From positions 32,007-96,006 of the IMG/VR virus record IMGVR_UViG_3300031993_000037: a stretch of DNA of 64,000 bases. One strand, 5' to 3'. The position numbers and the translations under genes were made by a program. The stretch is from a virus (Duplodnaviria > Caudoviricetes). The notes under the pieces are model-generated. The model searched no databases. It was not told where the DNA came from and worked only from the letters and a program-made list of their open reading frames with translations. This document shows, piece by piece, positions 21,601-31,281 of the stretch. Numbering within the stretch: the first letter of the stretch is position 1; every line of letters starts with the position of its first letter.

Positions 21601-21989
21601 CCATAGGCTTATAGTCTTTTCGCCATTCTTCTGCTTCCTTTTTCAGTTCGTCTTTAGTCATTTTCTTTTATCTCCCATTTTTCGTGTTTATCTGTTCTAC
21701 AATGCTCATACTCTGTTCTTGAATGTTTGCAGTTATAGCAACACTTCATTTTCTCAATCTGTGCTTCAAGTTCCGTTACTCTGTCAGTCAGTTCTCCTTT
21801 ATCTTTCTGCAAGGCTATTATCTGCTCTGCGTCTATCTGTATCTGCTTTTCTCTTGATTCTGTACCTGCAATGTAACCTTTTACATATCCTGCTCTTTCT
21901 GCCACATCAATTTCATTCCAATTAATAGGCATAGAACAATTCTGTTTAGCACTTTCTTCTGCTTCTTTTTCAAGTTCTTCTTTAGTCAT
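18630..21989 (-). other. Cluster of small mosaic hypothetical genes (18630-19214, 19211-19435, 19438-19983, 19976-20194, 20459-20965, 20973-21236, 21239-21661, 21654-21989), several DUF551-like or coiled-coil
   Basis: Tightly packed ORFs with recurring blocks MTKxELxKEA, AYxAG, AELEAQIEKMKC, WH...DLP, IAWxEI. Confidence 0.65.
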
Positions 21990-22004
21990 AGTTTTACTCT
22001 TTAC

Positions 22005-22607
22005 TTATTGTTGATTTTTCAAAAGCCAGATATTATTTTTTACTTTTGCAAGATAAACGTAAGTTGAAGGTGGAATTGATCCGTTCATAACTGCACCTTC
22101 GCCACAGTTATATGCCATAATTACATCATCAGACACTTTAATCTTCTGTTGTAGGAATTGGATATGATGAAGGGCAATGTATGAGTTATGTTTCCAATTA
22201 AATGGGTCCAGTTCAATATTAGAGAACCAGTAATTTTTTTTGAATGTACTCCATAGATATTTATCATTGAGTTGAAACAGACCTACGTCGATAGTTCCGT
22301 TTTCATTTTTATGAGCTGCATCTTTATCAAACTCCGGATTCTCTACCATAAGAATTGCCACGACTAAATCAGAATCAAGTTCAAGTTCAGAACTCAATTC
22401 GCAGATGTAATTAGAAATATCATCACCCAGGAATTTGTATTTGGTTTCTTCAGAAACAACCGGTTCGTTACAATTGAAATCTACTGCAATTTTTTTACCA
22501 TGTTTCGTTCCTATAAAATAAGCAGCACATACAAGGCCGACAAGAATTATAATTCCGTAAATAATAATTCCACCAATTTTATCATGCTTTTCAGTCATTT
22601 GAACCAC
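22005..22607 (-). CDS. Membrane-anchored lytic transglycosylase (SLT domain)
   Basis: AILMVEN catalytic Glu, GLFQLN, AYNCG; N-terminal TM. Confidence 0.85.
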   Translation of the reverse strand: MVQMTEKHDKIGGIIIYGIIILVGLVCAAYFIGTKHGKKIAVDFNCNEPVVSEETKYKFLGDDISNYICELSSELELDSDLVVAILMVENPEFDKDAAHKNENGTIDVGLFQLNDKYLWSTFKKNYWFSNIELDPFNWKHNSYIALHHIQFLQQKIKVSDDVIMAYNCGEGAVMNGSIPPSTYVYLAKVKNNIWLLKNQQ

Positions 22608-22841
22608 CTACCTTTTTACTTTCCAGGTAAGAATCCAAATCCTTTACATCAAACTTTACTAAACGACCAAGCTGAATATGCGGTATGGTGTTCTGAAACT
22701 TTTTGAAAGTTGAAAGGGAAACTCCGAGATACTCTGCAGCTTCTTCTCTTGTCTTTAATTCCATATTGTTACCTCACTATGTCTTGTATCATATAGTAGG
22801 TAACCTAAGAAAACTTTTTACTCGTAGACAATTTGGTTTGT

Positions 22842-23942
22842 CTACGAACTCCACTGTCTAAAATTAATTTCTTTCACACCACCGTTACGACAGGCTTTCT
22901 GCAGCTCTGCATTCCAATTCCGTCCTTGTGAAGGTCTGTGTCTGCTTTCAGAAAAGAAAATATAATCACTTGGAGAATAATCAGAGTAGGGTGCAGTACT
23001 TGCGTATTTTAAGATAATGCTTGTAACGTAACTTGATGTAGTAATTACTCTCGGCTTCTTATTTCTAACTAATCCTTCTTTTGTGTAAAAATTTTCTATG
23101 TTTATAGTTTTTTCATCTACATCGCACAAACGTAATGCACGAACTTCCTGGAGCTGCATTTTGCCAACGTAAGCAACAAGGTTGGCAATAAATGCCTCTT
23201 CATTATCCCAGTGAGAATTAAATATTTTTGAGATATCAACTGAGGTAAGATTATTCTGTGCCTTTTCTACTTTAGGGAGATAGAACTCATAACATCGGGT
23301 AAGGATAAGCCCTTGTTTATATGCTTCTTTAAGAGGAATAAGTCCAGTCTTCATAATTCCATTTATGCGACTTTGTGATAAACCTTTTTCTGAAAGTTTT
23401 TCAAAGACTCGTTCAATATCTCCGGAATTTATTTCACTGACTGCTCTCTTTTTTGTCATGGACCAATAATGTATTGAATCATGATTTTGTTTTACATATA
23501 CAGGATTTAATTCCTTGCGTTTTACATATTCAGAATCTTCGGACCAGAATTTTTTAAGATATTCAAGGAAAGGTTCTTTTGACAGTCTTTTTTCAGAACC
23601 AAATTCCGGAGGATCATTAAGCAGGTTTTTGAAAACAATAACTGCCTCATCAAAAAGAGTTTTATTAATTATAGAGTTTACGTTATCCCATTCTTCTTCT
23701 GTTACATCATCACGAATAAGTGGTGAAATCGCAGATGAGATTCGAGCCTCAAGTTCTGGTATGTCGTAATGATATCGTTGTTTTACGGACCATTTGATTA
23801 CATCATCATGAGGTCTAGTCTCAGGACACCAGTTCCAGATCACTCGCTCTGGTATTCCTGTAAGTGATGAAATATAAGAAGATGATTTTCCGGCGGCGGC
23901 GAGTTCCCTAACTTCCTTTTCCTTTTCTATTGTGTATCGCAT
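22842..23942 (-). CDS. HTH fused to a degenerate tyrosine-recombinase-like fold
   Basis: N-terminal HTH; core parallels int (FLEYLKKFW, LSQSRING, MQLQEVRALRLCDV) but has Q at the catalytic Arg position and ends before HxxR/Tyr. Confidence 0.6.
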   Translation of the reverse strand: MRYTIEKEKEVRELAAAGKSSSYISSLTGIPERVIWNWCPETRPHDDVIKWSVKQRYHYDIPELEARISSAISPLIRDDVTEEEWDNVNSIINKTLFDEAVIVFKNLLNDPPEFGSEKRLSKEPFLEYLKKFWSEDSEYVKRKELNPVYVKQNHDSIHYWSMTKKRAVSEINSGDIERVFEKLSEKGLSQSRINGIMKTGLIPLKEAYKQGLILTRCYEFYLPKVEKAQNNLTSVDISKIFNSHWDNEEAFIANLVAYVGKMQLQEVRALRLCDVDEKTINIENFYTKEGLVRNKKPRVITTSSYVTSIILKYASTAPYSDYSPSDYIFFSESRHRPSQGRNWNAELQKACRNGGVKEINFRQWSS

Positions 23943-24149
23943 TTCTCACTCCAATATTTTTTGAACACATAATCAATTCGTCTTAATGTTTCTGTAAGCG
24001 AACATTCTCTGAAACGAACCTTGTAAGGATAAATAAATATTTCCCAACCATACTTACCTTGATAAAACCTTGCAAAAAGATTTTTGTTGGTCCTGGCAAA
24101 GTAAACACCTTCGTGGTCTTTGTCAGAACTTACAAAAAGTCTACTGGTC

Positions 24150-25538
24150 TCAATAACGGACTTCTTCACGCTTATACTCCTGCTTAGTTTTTTCGTTACG
24201 AGCACCAAGGTCATCGAGAGCAGAACGATTCTGGTCTTCAACGAAATTCATACAGATTGGTTTGAAACTAAAAGTTGCAACACCAGTTTTACCGTCTCTG
24301 TTTTTGGCAACGATAACATCCGTAGGAATCATTTTCAGAGGGTTATCTCTTTCTCGTTCGTCATCAAGTTCACGCTGACGATGAAGAAGCATGATTACAT
24401 CAGCATCCTGTTCAATGTTTCCAGACTCACGAAGAAGAGCAAGGTTTGGTTTCTTTCCTTCTGCTTCACGACCACACTGTGCAAGAAGAACAATTGCAAC
24501 GTGAAGTTCACGAGCCATTTTGTGAAGTGTCTTAGTGATACGTCCTACATCAACATAACGCTGACCAGAACTGTCTGTAACTTCAATAAGTCCAAGGTGG
24601 TCAATGAATATAACCTTAGAACCTTTTACCTTTGCTTCATAACGAATACGAGAATATAAAATCTTATCGTTATCTACGCCAGTATCCATAATTGAAACTG
24701 GAAGTGAATACAACTGTTCGACAGCTCTGTTGAAACGAAGAATCATACTCTGACTTTCATTTACGATACCTTTCTTGATCTGCCACATAGGAATATCAGA
24801 CTTGGCAGAAATCATACGGAAGTACAAAGCGAGTGCACTCATTTCAAGAGAGAATACAGAAGTCTTCACACCCTTAGCTGCAATTCCCATAATCAGAGCA
24901 AGTGCAAAAGCAGTCTTACCAATTGATGGACGAGCACCAATAACGTACATGTTATCTTCCTGGATACCGTCTACGATGTCATCGAGACCTTCGAAACCTG
25001 TTGAATAACCAGAAAGTAATTTCTTTTCCTTGAATGCTTTCTGAACTTCTTCTACTGCAGAAATTGCAAGATGTTTCATATCAAAGCTGTCTACATCCGT
25101 AGTGTCGAGTGCAGAAAGCTGAGACTGAATATCGCTAATCAATTCAGAAGAAGATTTCATACTGGCACTATTCTGAACTGTTGCAGTAAGTTTCAGAATG
25201 AGTCTCTTTTTATAAAGTTCTTTAAGGTTTTTAGAGTAGTATTCCCAAGCACCAGTTGAAGGAACTTCATCGGAAAGGGTAGCGAGATACAACATGTCAA
25301 ACTCTGACTCGTTTTCAGCAAGTGAAGCTGCATCAAAGAAGTGGTTTTTCTTCCAAAGCTCACACATCTTTTTGTAGATGTACTTATGCTTTTTGTTGAA
25401 GAAAGCATCCTCTGGAAATCCGGCGAGCATATCCATGATTGAATTATCCAAAAGTAAACAATTCAATAAGCATTTTTCTTTTTCGTTATCATTCAGCATT
25501 GTTTCTGTCTGCATTTTGTACTCCTCTAAAACTTTCAC
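24150..25538 (-). CDS. dnaB: Replicative DNA helicase
   Basis: GARPSIGKT, FSLEMS, IFIDHL, LRESGNIEQDADV, AKNRDG. Confidence 0.95.
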   Translation of the reverse strand: MKVLEEYKMQTETMLNDNEKEKCLLNCLLLDNSIMDMLAGFPEDAFFNKKHKYIYKKMCELWKKNHFFDAASLAENESEFDMLYLATLSDEVPSTGAWEYYSKNLKELYKKRLILKLTATVQNSASMKSSSELISDIQSQLSALDTTDVDSFDMKHLAISAVEEVQKAFKEKKLLSGYSTGFEGLDDIVDGIQEDNMYVIGARPSIGKTAFALALIMGIAAKGVKTSVFSLEMSALALYFRMISAKSDIPMWQIKKGIVNESQSMILRFNRAVEQLYSLPVSIMDTGVDNDKILYSRIRYEAKVKGSKVIFIDHLGLIEVTDSSGQRYVDVGRITKTLHKMARELHVAIVLLAQCGREAEGKKPNLALLRESGNIEQDADVIMLLHRQRELDDERERDNPLKMIPTDVIVAKNRDGKTGVATFSFKPICMNFVEDQNRSALDDLGARNEKTKQEYKREEVRY

Positions 25539-26274
25539 CGTTCAAGACGTTTACTACTGCGACAGATTTAATTCTGTTCATAATTACATTAGTTTTATCC
25601 AGCTCTGCACTTAAGGTTTTCTGTTCTCCCACTGTCTTGTTTGAAAAATCGACATTACACAGAAAACCCTTAAACTGGATTGGTGTAAGGTTTGTTGCCA
25701 TCCACAAAGGAAGCATATTATCAAATCTTGCACTGATGATATAAGACAAGAAGTTTCGTTCTTCTTGGATATTAGGACAGGTTCCAATTTCATCAATGCA
25801 CAAAAAAGGAACTGTAGTTAGATGTTTCAGAAATGCCTCTTCGGTATCTTCTGTCTTAAAATCACGAAGCATTCTCAACTTAGCCTCCAAGTCTCTGATT
25901 GTGAAGTAATAAGAGCCGCCAAGACCAACGTAGGCTCTTTCGTGAACAGCACAAGCAAAGGTTGTTGTTTTACCACAGCCTGTACTTCCGAAAAGCAGAT
26001 AGATTGTATCTGAGTTCTCTTTCAGACAAAGTTCTCTTGCTGTTTCAGTAATTTCAGAAGGATAGTTGTCAAACATTGCCGACTGATATCTCTTAGGAAG
26101 ATTTGAGATAGCGTTAGAGTTTGAAACTCTATCAAGGCCCTCTTTGTGAAGACGGTCGTGTTCTCGCTTCTTAAAATCTGCTTCCTGCTCCGGGGTGATC
26201 TGATTTGCAGTTTCATTCCACTCTTTCATTTTCTCTGCAAAAATCTTTTCCACAGGTGTTCCGTTAAATTCCAT
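25489..26274 (-). CDS. DnaC/IstB-like helicase-loader ATPase
   Basis: GSTGCGKT, LCIDEIG, ATNL, R-finger; between initiator and helicase. Confidence 0.88.
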   Translation of the reverse strand: MEFNGTPVEKIFAEKMKEWNETANQITPEQEADFKKREHDRLHKEGLDRVSNSNAISNLPKRYQSAMFDNYPSEITETARELCLKENSDTIYLLFGSTGCGKTTTFACAVHERAYVGLGGSYYFTIRDLEAKLRMLRDFKTEDTEEAFLKHLTTVPFLCIDEIGTCPNIQEERNFLSYIISARFDNMLPLWMATNLTPIQFKGFLCNVDFSNKTVGEQKTLSAELDKTNVIMNRIKSVAVVNVLNGESFRGVQNADRNNAE

Positions 26275-26283
26275 TTTGCTCTC

Positions 26284-27201
26284 CTAGAAAATTGTCGTAT
26301 CATAACTGTCACGGTCACAAGTCATGTTTACGCCGCTTACATTCTTATCTGAATTAGACTGTGTTTTTGTATGCATCTGCTGATATAACTTGCCATACTG
26401 TTTGATAAATCCATCAACACTGAAGATTTTATTAGACCACCAACCTGTCATAGCAAAATCAATTGTTGAAATGATTTCAGATTCGGATTTATTTTCACTC
26501 ACAATGAAACGAGCGAAATCTTCTTGCCATGCAAGTTTGTGTGTGGCTGCGGTCTGAGAATTTTGTAGTTTGATTAAATAACTAATTAATTTGTCTGCAC
26601 ACTTTTCTGACAGAGTAAATATCTCAGAAGGTAATGAAGATAGATATTCTTTGTGTTTTTCTTCTGCAGTAACTCGTTTTTTCTTCTCAACTTTTTTAGT
26701 TTGGTTAAACTTTGGTGGTTCGCTATTCAACGAAGTTGAAGATGATTTATTATTAAGTTTATTATTAGATTTATTATTCTCTTTAATCGTCTGTTGATAC
26801 CCTATTAATTCCTGGTTGATACCCTCATCAACTGGTGTTGATACCCTATCAACTGTGGTTGATACCTCAGAGGTGATATAAATACGTCTTTCCACAATAA
26901 TGTTTTTACATTTGCAATAAACGATATTTATATAACCTTTAGAAGCCAACTGATTAATCCATTTTGATACAGCCTGTGGAGTTCTGTCATATCTTTTTGC
27001 AAAATATGTGTTACTTGCATAGCAGTATCCATTTTTATGAGTAAGTGCAGTTATCTCTCCGTATAATAAAATTGCGTATGGAGACAAGTCAGAGTCATAT
27101 CTAACATTAGCAGGAATTACTGAGAAGTAAGATGGTTGGTCTGTTTGTTTTTCAACAGTGTTTACTTCAATAATATTTGCATTTTCTAAATTCATTGCCA
27201 T
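26284..27201 (-). CDS. Phage replication initiator (N-terminal wHTH)
   Basis: YFSVIPANVRYD..LS...LLYGEI..L...GYCYASN.YFA; internal iterons. Confidence 0.85.
   Translation of the reverse strand: MAMNLENANIIEVNTVEKQTDQPSYFSVIPANVRYDSDLSPYAILLYGEITALTHKNGYCYASNTYFAKRYDRTPQAVSKWINQLASKGYINIVYCKCKNIIVERRIYITSEVSTTVDRVSTPVDEGINQELIGYQQTIKENNKSNNKLNNKSSSTSLNSEPPKFNQTKKVEKKKRVTAEEKHKEYLSSLPSEIFTLSEKCADKLISYLIKLQNSQTAATHKLAWQEDFARFIVSENKSESEIISTIDFAMTGWWSNKIFSVDGFIKQYGKLYQQMHTKTQSNSDKNVSGVNMTCDRDSYDTTIF
26745..26866. repeat. Iterons / probable replication origin
   Basis: GTTGATACC at 26793, 26815, 26837 and 26858 (21-22 bp period) next to an AT-rich TTATT tract inside the initiator gene. Confidence 0.8.
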
Positions 27202-27203
27202 TT

Positions 27204-27635
27204 TTAATTAATCTCCTCTGCACAATATTCAAAAAACTTTGAATAATTAAAGCATTTTAAGTAGTCTTCGAAGCTATGATTGTTTTTATCAAAACAGACA
27301 GGAAAGGTTCCTCTGTTATATTCATTTTTTAATGTCCAGAAAAAAGATAGTTCAAATTTAAGTTTCCAAAATTCCGAAAAGTAAAAATCGTACATACAAA
27401 GAACGTTATGATACTCTGGTTTTGGAGATGTTATATCAATCATATCTTTTACATTGTTAAACTGGAGTAAACAGGTATGGAACTTCTGATGAAGTTTTGC
27501 TGGAATTAGAACTAAATTATCAAAATCATTATTGTTATGATTAAGGTCTATATGATGTATCACAAAAAGTTTATGATTCCATTTTAGTCCATTCATGTTT
27601 TCAGAGTATATTTTTTTATAATCTGTATTGTTCAT
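27204..27635 (-). CDS. HNH endonuclease
   Basis: IHHIDLNHNNNDFDNLVLIP..LH..FH. Confidence 0.8.
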   Translation of the reverse strand: MNNTDYKKIYSENMNGLKWNHKLFVIHHIDLNHNNNDFDNLVLIPAKLHQKFHTCLLQFNNVKDMIDITSPKPEYHNVLCMYDFYFSEFWKLKFELSFFWTLKNEYNRGTFPVCFDKNNHSFEDYLKCFNYSKFFEYCAEEIN

Positions 27636-27662
27636 AAAAAATCTCCCACATCACATTAAAAT

Positions 27663-27794
27663 AAAAAGCCCTTTACCAAAGCGGCTCCGGCTGAGATTTC
27701 CGTAAACAGTCAATGCGACAAAACTGTTATAGAGCCACCTTGATAAAGGGTTCTTTTGTTCATCGCATTTCTGTCACAACGGTTTCTCACGCCG
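27663..27794 (-). ncRNA. c4-antisense-like structured RNA / attenuator candidate
   Basis: Long closing stem CCCTTTA.CAA/TTG.TAAAGGG ending in a T-run on the minus strand; internal loops complementary to adjacent upstream boxes. Confidence 0.5.
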
Positions 27795-27827
27795 TTGGGT
27801 CTGTTATAACCCAAAATAATTCTTGGA

Positions 27828-28466
27828 TTAAACATTAGTTCCTCCCTTAGTTTTATGAGGAATGTTGTTTCGTTTACAATATTTTGCCATTGTTCCGACC
27901 TTCACATTGAAAAGTGCAGCAAGCTCTTTTACTGTCAATTCTGCAGAAACTTTTAGAACTTTATCTTTATCTAAAGTTCCTTTTCTTCCGTCCTTGTCAG
28001 CTATGAACTTGATATCATGCCAGTAGACATAACTTTTCATTTGCTGTCTTGATATCCCGAAGTGAGCTGCTGATTCTGATAAAGTGTGATTACAAGAGTA
28101 ATTTCTTACTTCATCCTCATTCAGTTCTTTATTACGAATACCAGATGTTTTTTCTGCTGTTTTATGCTTTGTAGTTTTATCTTCAATGGTTGGTGTGTCC
28201 CGAATAATTCCTGTCATTACTGCGTTACGTACCCTTTCATTCTCATAAGCACTTTTAATTACAGTTCTAAGAGAATTAAAAAGTTTACGATAGCTTACTT
28301 GATTAGAATATTCACAGCCATCAACCAAATCTTCACAGAACAAATCAAGACTTTCGAGTATCTTGATCGCTCCGCAATCCAATGTGTTACTATGTCTCCT
28401 TAATTCTTCAAGTTTCCCATTGTCTACATTGACAACTTCAAATCCGTTTTCAACAAAGTTTGACAT
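27828..28466 (-). CDS. DNA-binding protein with tandem C-terminal HTHs
   Basis: TLSESAAHFGIS and TVKELAALFNVKVGTM; start moved to MSNF (GGAG site). Confidence 0.6.
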   Translation of the reverse strand: MSNFVENGFEVVNVDNGKLEELRRHSNTLDCGAIKILESLDLFCEDLVDGCEYSNQVSYRKLFNSLRTVIKSAYENERVRNAVMTGIIRDTPTIEDKTTKHKTAEKTSGIRNKELNEDEVRNYSCNHTLSESAAHFGISRQQMKSYVYWHDIKFIADKDGRKGTLDKDKVLKVSAELTVKELAALFNVKVGTMAKYCKRNNIPHKTKGGTNV

Positions 28467-28699
28467 AAAGGCTCCTATCTTCAGGTCATTAGTTGAATCC
28501 GAACCGGTTCGAAAAATATGGGCAGGAAGGTTGATGAAGTCTCCCACCCCCAACAACATCTAACGGTAATCAGCCGTAAGAGTAGATTAATTGTAAATCA
28601 TTAGTACTTTTTACAATTACAAGTGATGTACAAACTGGTTTGTCTATCTTTTGCTTTTTCTCTCTTTTTCTGATATGATATATTCAGACTTTAGAGAGA

Positions 28700-28836
28700 A
28701 GGTAAATTAACCAAGAGCTTTACTTGACTTTTGGTAACCTTACCTATATTATAATATATAGCTAGGTTACCAATTTGTCAATATAAATATTGGTAAAATA
28801 AACAATAAACAATAATTTTTATAGGTAAAATAGCTT
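28700..28836. promoter_or_regulatory. Immunity/switch region with GGTAA/TTACC operator-like sites
   Basis: GGTAAATTAACC, TTGGTAACCTTACCTA, TAGGTTACCAA and two more GGTAAAATA sites; TTGACT and TATAAT boxes; between divergent genes. Confidence 0.55.
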
Positions 28837-29229
28837 ATGGAGTTTTATAATAGGATCAAAGAGCTTGTAAAAAAGTCTGGAAAGACTATGCAAAAAGCCA
28901 TCGAAGAAGCAGGAATTAATTACGACTCTTATAACAGCCTTAAAAGGTATGATAATCTCCCTAGAGCAGACGATTGTGTTAAACTTGCTAAGTATCTTGG
29001 AGTAACTTCTGAATACCTTGTTACTGGAGAGGACAGTACGTTAGACAACGATGTCCTGGAAGTAGTAAAAACATACCAGAAAATCCCTAAAGGTCTAAGA
29101 AGTGTTTTTAAGTCTGTCATGGAAGGTTTTACAAAAGCTGACGATCCTGGTGAACCTTTATTAGAAGCCTCCTTAAATCCAGATGATATACCAGAAGATT
29201 ATCATCCAGACGATTCGGAATCCACTTGA
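28837..29229 (+). CDS. XRE-family HTH repressor (CI-like)
   Basis: RIKEL...AGI...PRAD..VKLAKYLGVTSEYLVTG; divergent from the replication operon. Confidence 0.85.
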   Translation: MEFYNRIKELVKKSGKTMQKAIEEAGINYDSYNSLKRYDNLPRADDCVKLAKYLGVTSEYLVTGEDSTLDNDVLEVVKTYQKIPKGLRSVFKSVMEGFTKADDPGEPLLEASLNPDDIPEDYHPDDSEST

Positions 29230-29256
29230 ACACACTTGAATTGTAGTTTGAATTAA

Positions 29257-29670
29257 TTACTCGTATTCATCAATACAATTCAAGACCATTCGTTTATAAT
29301 CCTCTTTCTCTTCCGGCTGATAGATGTATATCTTGCACCAGGCATTACCTTTGTCATACGTATTGAATACGTGGTGATGCCTTACTATCTGCCAGCGATC
29401 GTCTTTTAATGCTTTGAAATCTTGCAGCATATCGAATATTGAGTTAACACCATTATCACTGTCTCTTCTAGCATTGTCACCGTGACAAAAAATGAGAATA
29501 ATAAAACACTTATCTTCAATGCATTTTCTTATCAGTGGTCTCAACGCTAACGCAGCATATTCGTGCCACGCTTTATATTTATCACTGTAAAGCAATGTAT
29601 GACTTCGAGAGCTAAAAGTTCTGCCGTTCTTTTTTGATGGTGTTTCCATTTTCAGTTCATATTTAATCAT
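29257..29670 (-). CDS. rusA: RusA-like Holliday junction resolvase
   Basis: PSKKN; RRDSDN...IFDML...LKDD. Confidence 0.8.
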   Translation of the reverse strand: MIKYELKMETPSKKNGRTFSSRSHTLLYSDKYKAWHEYAALALRPLIRKCIEDKCFIILIFCHGDNARRDSDNGVNSIFDMLQDFKALKDDRWQIVRHHHVFNTYDKGNAWCKIYIYQPEEKEDYKRMVLNCIDEYE

Positions 29671-29899
29671 GTCTTTATTCTAAAGCCTAAAAAAAAATTA
29701 TTTAAAAAACTGATATTTCTAGTTTTTCTCACTAAACGAAACCTAGCACAACTAGGGGTAAAATCTAACTAACTAAGGTTAGTAAGGGATATAGTTTTAT
29801 TTAAATAGACAAACTGAATTGTCTATCAACTCTCTGCGAGAAAAATTTTTCTGAATTATTCTGTACTTAAGATTTGACTAACAAAAGGAGTTTTAAATT

Positions 29900-30316
29900 A
29901 TGAGTGCAGATGTTGCTTATGATGTAAGAACTGGAAGACTTACAAAAGATGTTGAGGTAAAAGATTTGAATGGTTCATTTCTTTTATCTGGAAGTTTTGC
30001 ATCCAATCGTTCTTTTAAGAAGGGTGATGAATGGCATGAAGAAGCTTCGTACTTTAATTACAAGTTGTTTGTAAAGAGTCAGAAGCAGATTGATTATTAC
30101 ACTAAGTACCTTAAGAAAGGTGCTCAGATCACAATTGACGGTGTAATCAACCAGGAACATTGGGAAAAGGATGGACAGAAGCAGTCTGCATACGTTTTCT
30201 ATGCAAACCGTATTATCCCAGCTTTCATATCAAAGTCTGGTGGTGAAAACTCAGGCAGCTCCGGAGTTCCTTCGTATGACCCTTCAGAAGGGTTCCCAGA
30301 AGACCCAGTCTTTTAA
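29900..30316 (+). CDS. ssb: Single-stranded DNA-binding protein
   Basis: GRLTKD, YLKKG..I.IDG, WEKDGQK, acidic tail ending EDPVF. Confidence 0.9.
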   Translation: MSADVAYDVRTGRLTKDVEVKDLNGSFLLSGSFASNRSFKKGDEWHEEASYFNYKLFVKSQKQIDYYTKYLKKGAQITIDGVINQEHWEKDGQKQSAYVFYANRIIPAFISKSGGENSGSSGVPSYDPSEGFPEDPVF

Positions 30317-30329
30317 TGTGAGGTGAGGT

Positions 30330-30554
30330 ATGGATGAGATTAAGCTGAATAGAACCCAGCAGAGAGTCTTTGACTACCTCACCAAATTCGGAAGCATTAC
30401 AACACTTCAGGCATTCGTGGATTTGGGTGAGAGCAGACTTTCTGCACGCATTTGGGAGCTGAAAAGTAAGGGCGTGAATATTTCTTCAGAAACTATTGAA
30501 GTAAAGAATAGGTTCAAAGAAGTAAGACACGTTAAGAAATATTGGATCGGGTAG
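30330..30554 (+). CDS. Winged-helix protein
   Basis: GSITTLQA...G..RLSARIWELK..G..I. Confidence 0.75.
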   Translation: MDEIKLNRTQQRVFDYLTKFGSITTLQAFVDLGESRLSARIWELKSKGVNISSETIEVKNRFKEVRHVKKYWIG

Positions 30555-30563
30555 GATTTTGAA

Positions 30564-30920
30564 ATGAATATTAATGAATATCAGTTGCAGGCACACAGTT
30601 TTGCCGATTACGAAATGCCTTTTGTAAGTAACGGTGATTCTGCAGTACGAATTGATTATTGTTATCCGGCAATGGGATTGTCGGAAGAAGCTGGTGAAGT
30701 TTCTGGAAAGTTTGCCAAGGCTGTTCGTGATTGCGGCGGCGTAGTTGATGAAGAACGCAAGGAAGCAATCGTGAAAGAACTTGGCGATGTGTGCTGGTTT
30801 GTTGCAGAACTCTGTACATTGATGAATGTAAGCCTGGAAAGAGTTATGCAGACAAATATTGACAAACTTACTTCTCGTAGAGAAAGAAATGTCATTAAAG
30901 GTGAAGGAGATGACAGATAG
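30564..30920 (+). CDS. MazG-like nucleotide pyrophosphohydrolase
   Basis: GLSEEAGEV, KELGDVCW, NIDKL..R. Confidence 0.88.
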   Translation: MNINEYQLQAHSFADYEMPFVSNGDSAVRIDYCYPAMGLSEEAGEVSGKFAKAVRDCGGVVDEERKEAIVKELGDVCWFVAELCTLMNVSLERVMQTNIDKLTSRRERNVIKGEGDDR

Positions 30921-31051
30921 GAGGAAGATATGCCGGTTTCAAAGCATACAAGAAAAGGAAAGGTCAGAAAGCATGTGAAAAGACCTTTGCCAAGTATTGG
31001 AGCTGTAAGACATCCGCAGAAGTCTTACACAATTAAATATTAAAACTAATT

Positions 31052-31132
31052 GTCAGAGTAGCACAAATGGTCTAGTGCTTTCTTTATCTCCTTATAAAAG
31101 ATTTGATGCAGGTTCGACTCCTGCCTCTGGCT
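31052..31132 (+). tRNA. tRNA-like gene with aberrant anticodon arm (best fit anticodon UAU, Ile)
   Basis: Acceptor GTCAGAG/CTCTGGC, D-stem GCAC/GTGC, T-arm GCAGG-TTCGACT-CCTGC; 6 extra nt before ATCTC-CTTATAA-AAGAT. Confidence 0.65.
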
Positions 31133-31281
31133 ATAGCTGTACAACCCTCCCACTGAAACGTACAGCGAATGGCTAAACTATGTTTCTGCTCGTTATGAGT
31201 TCCGCCACTGCACAGGGCTGCCGTCTGCAAATACCGTTGGTAGGACAGACGGAAATACTGTGCATATTTTTTGGAGTGCTT

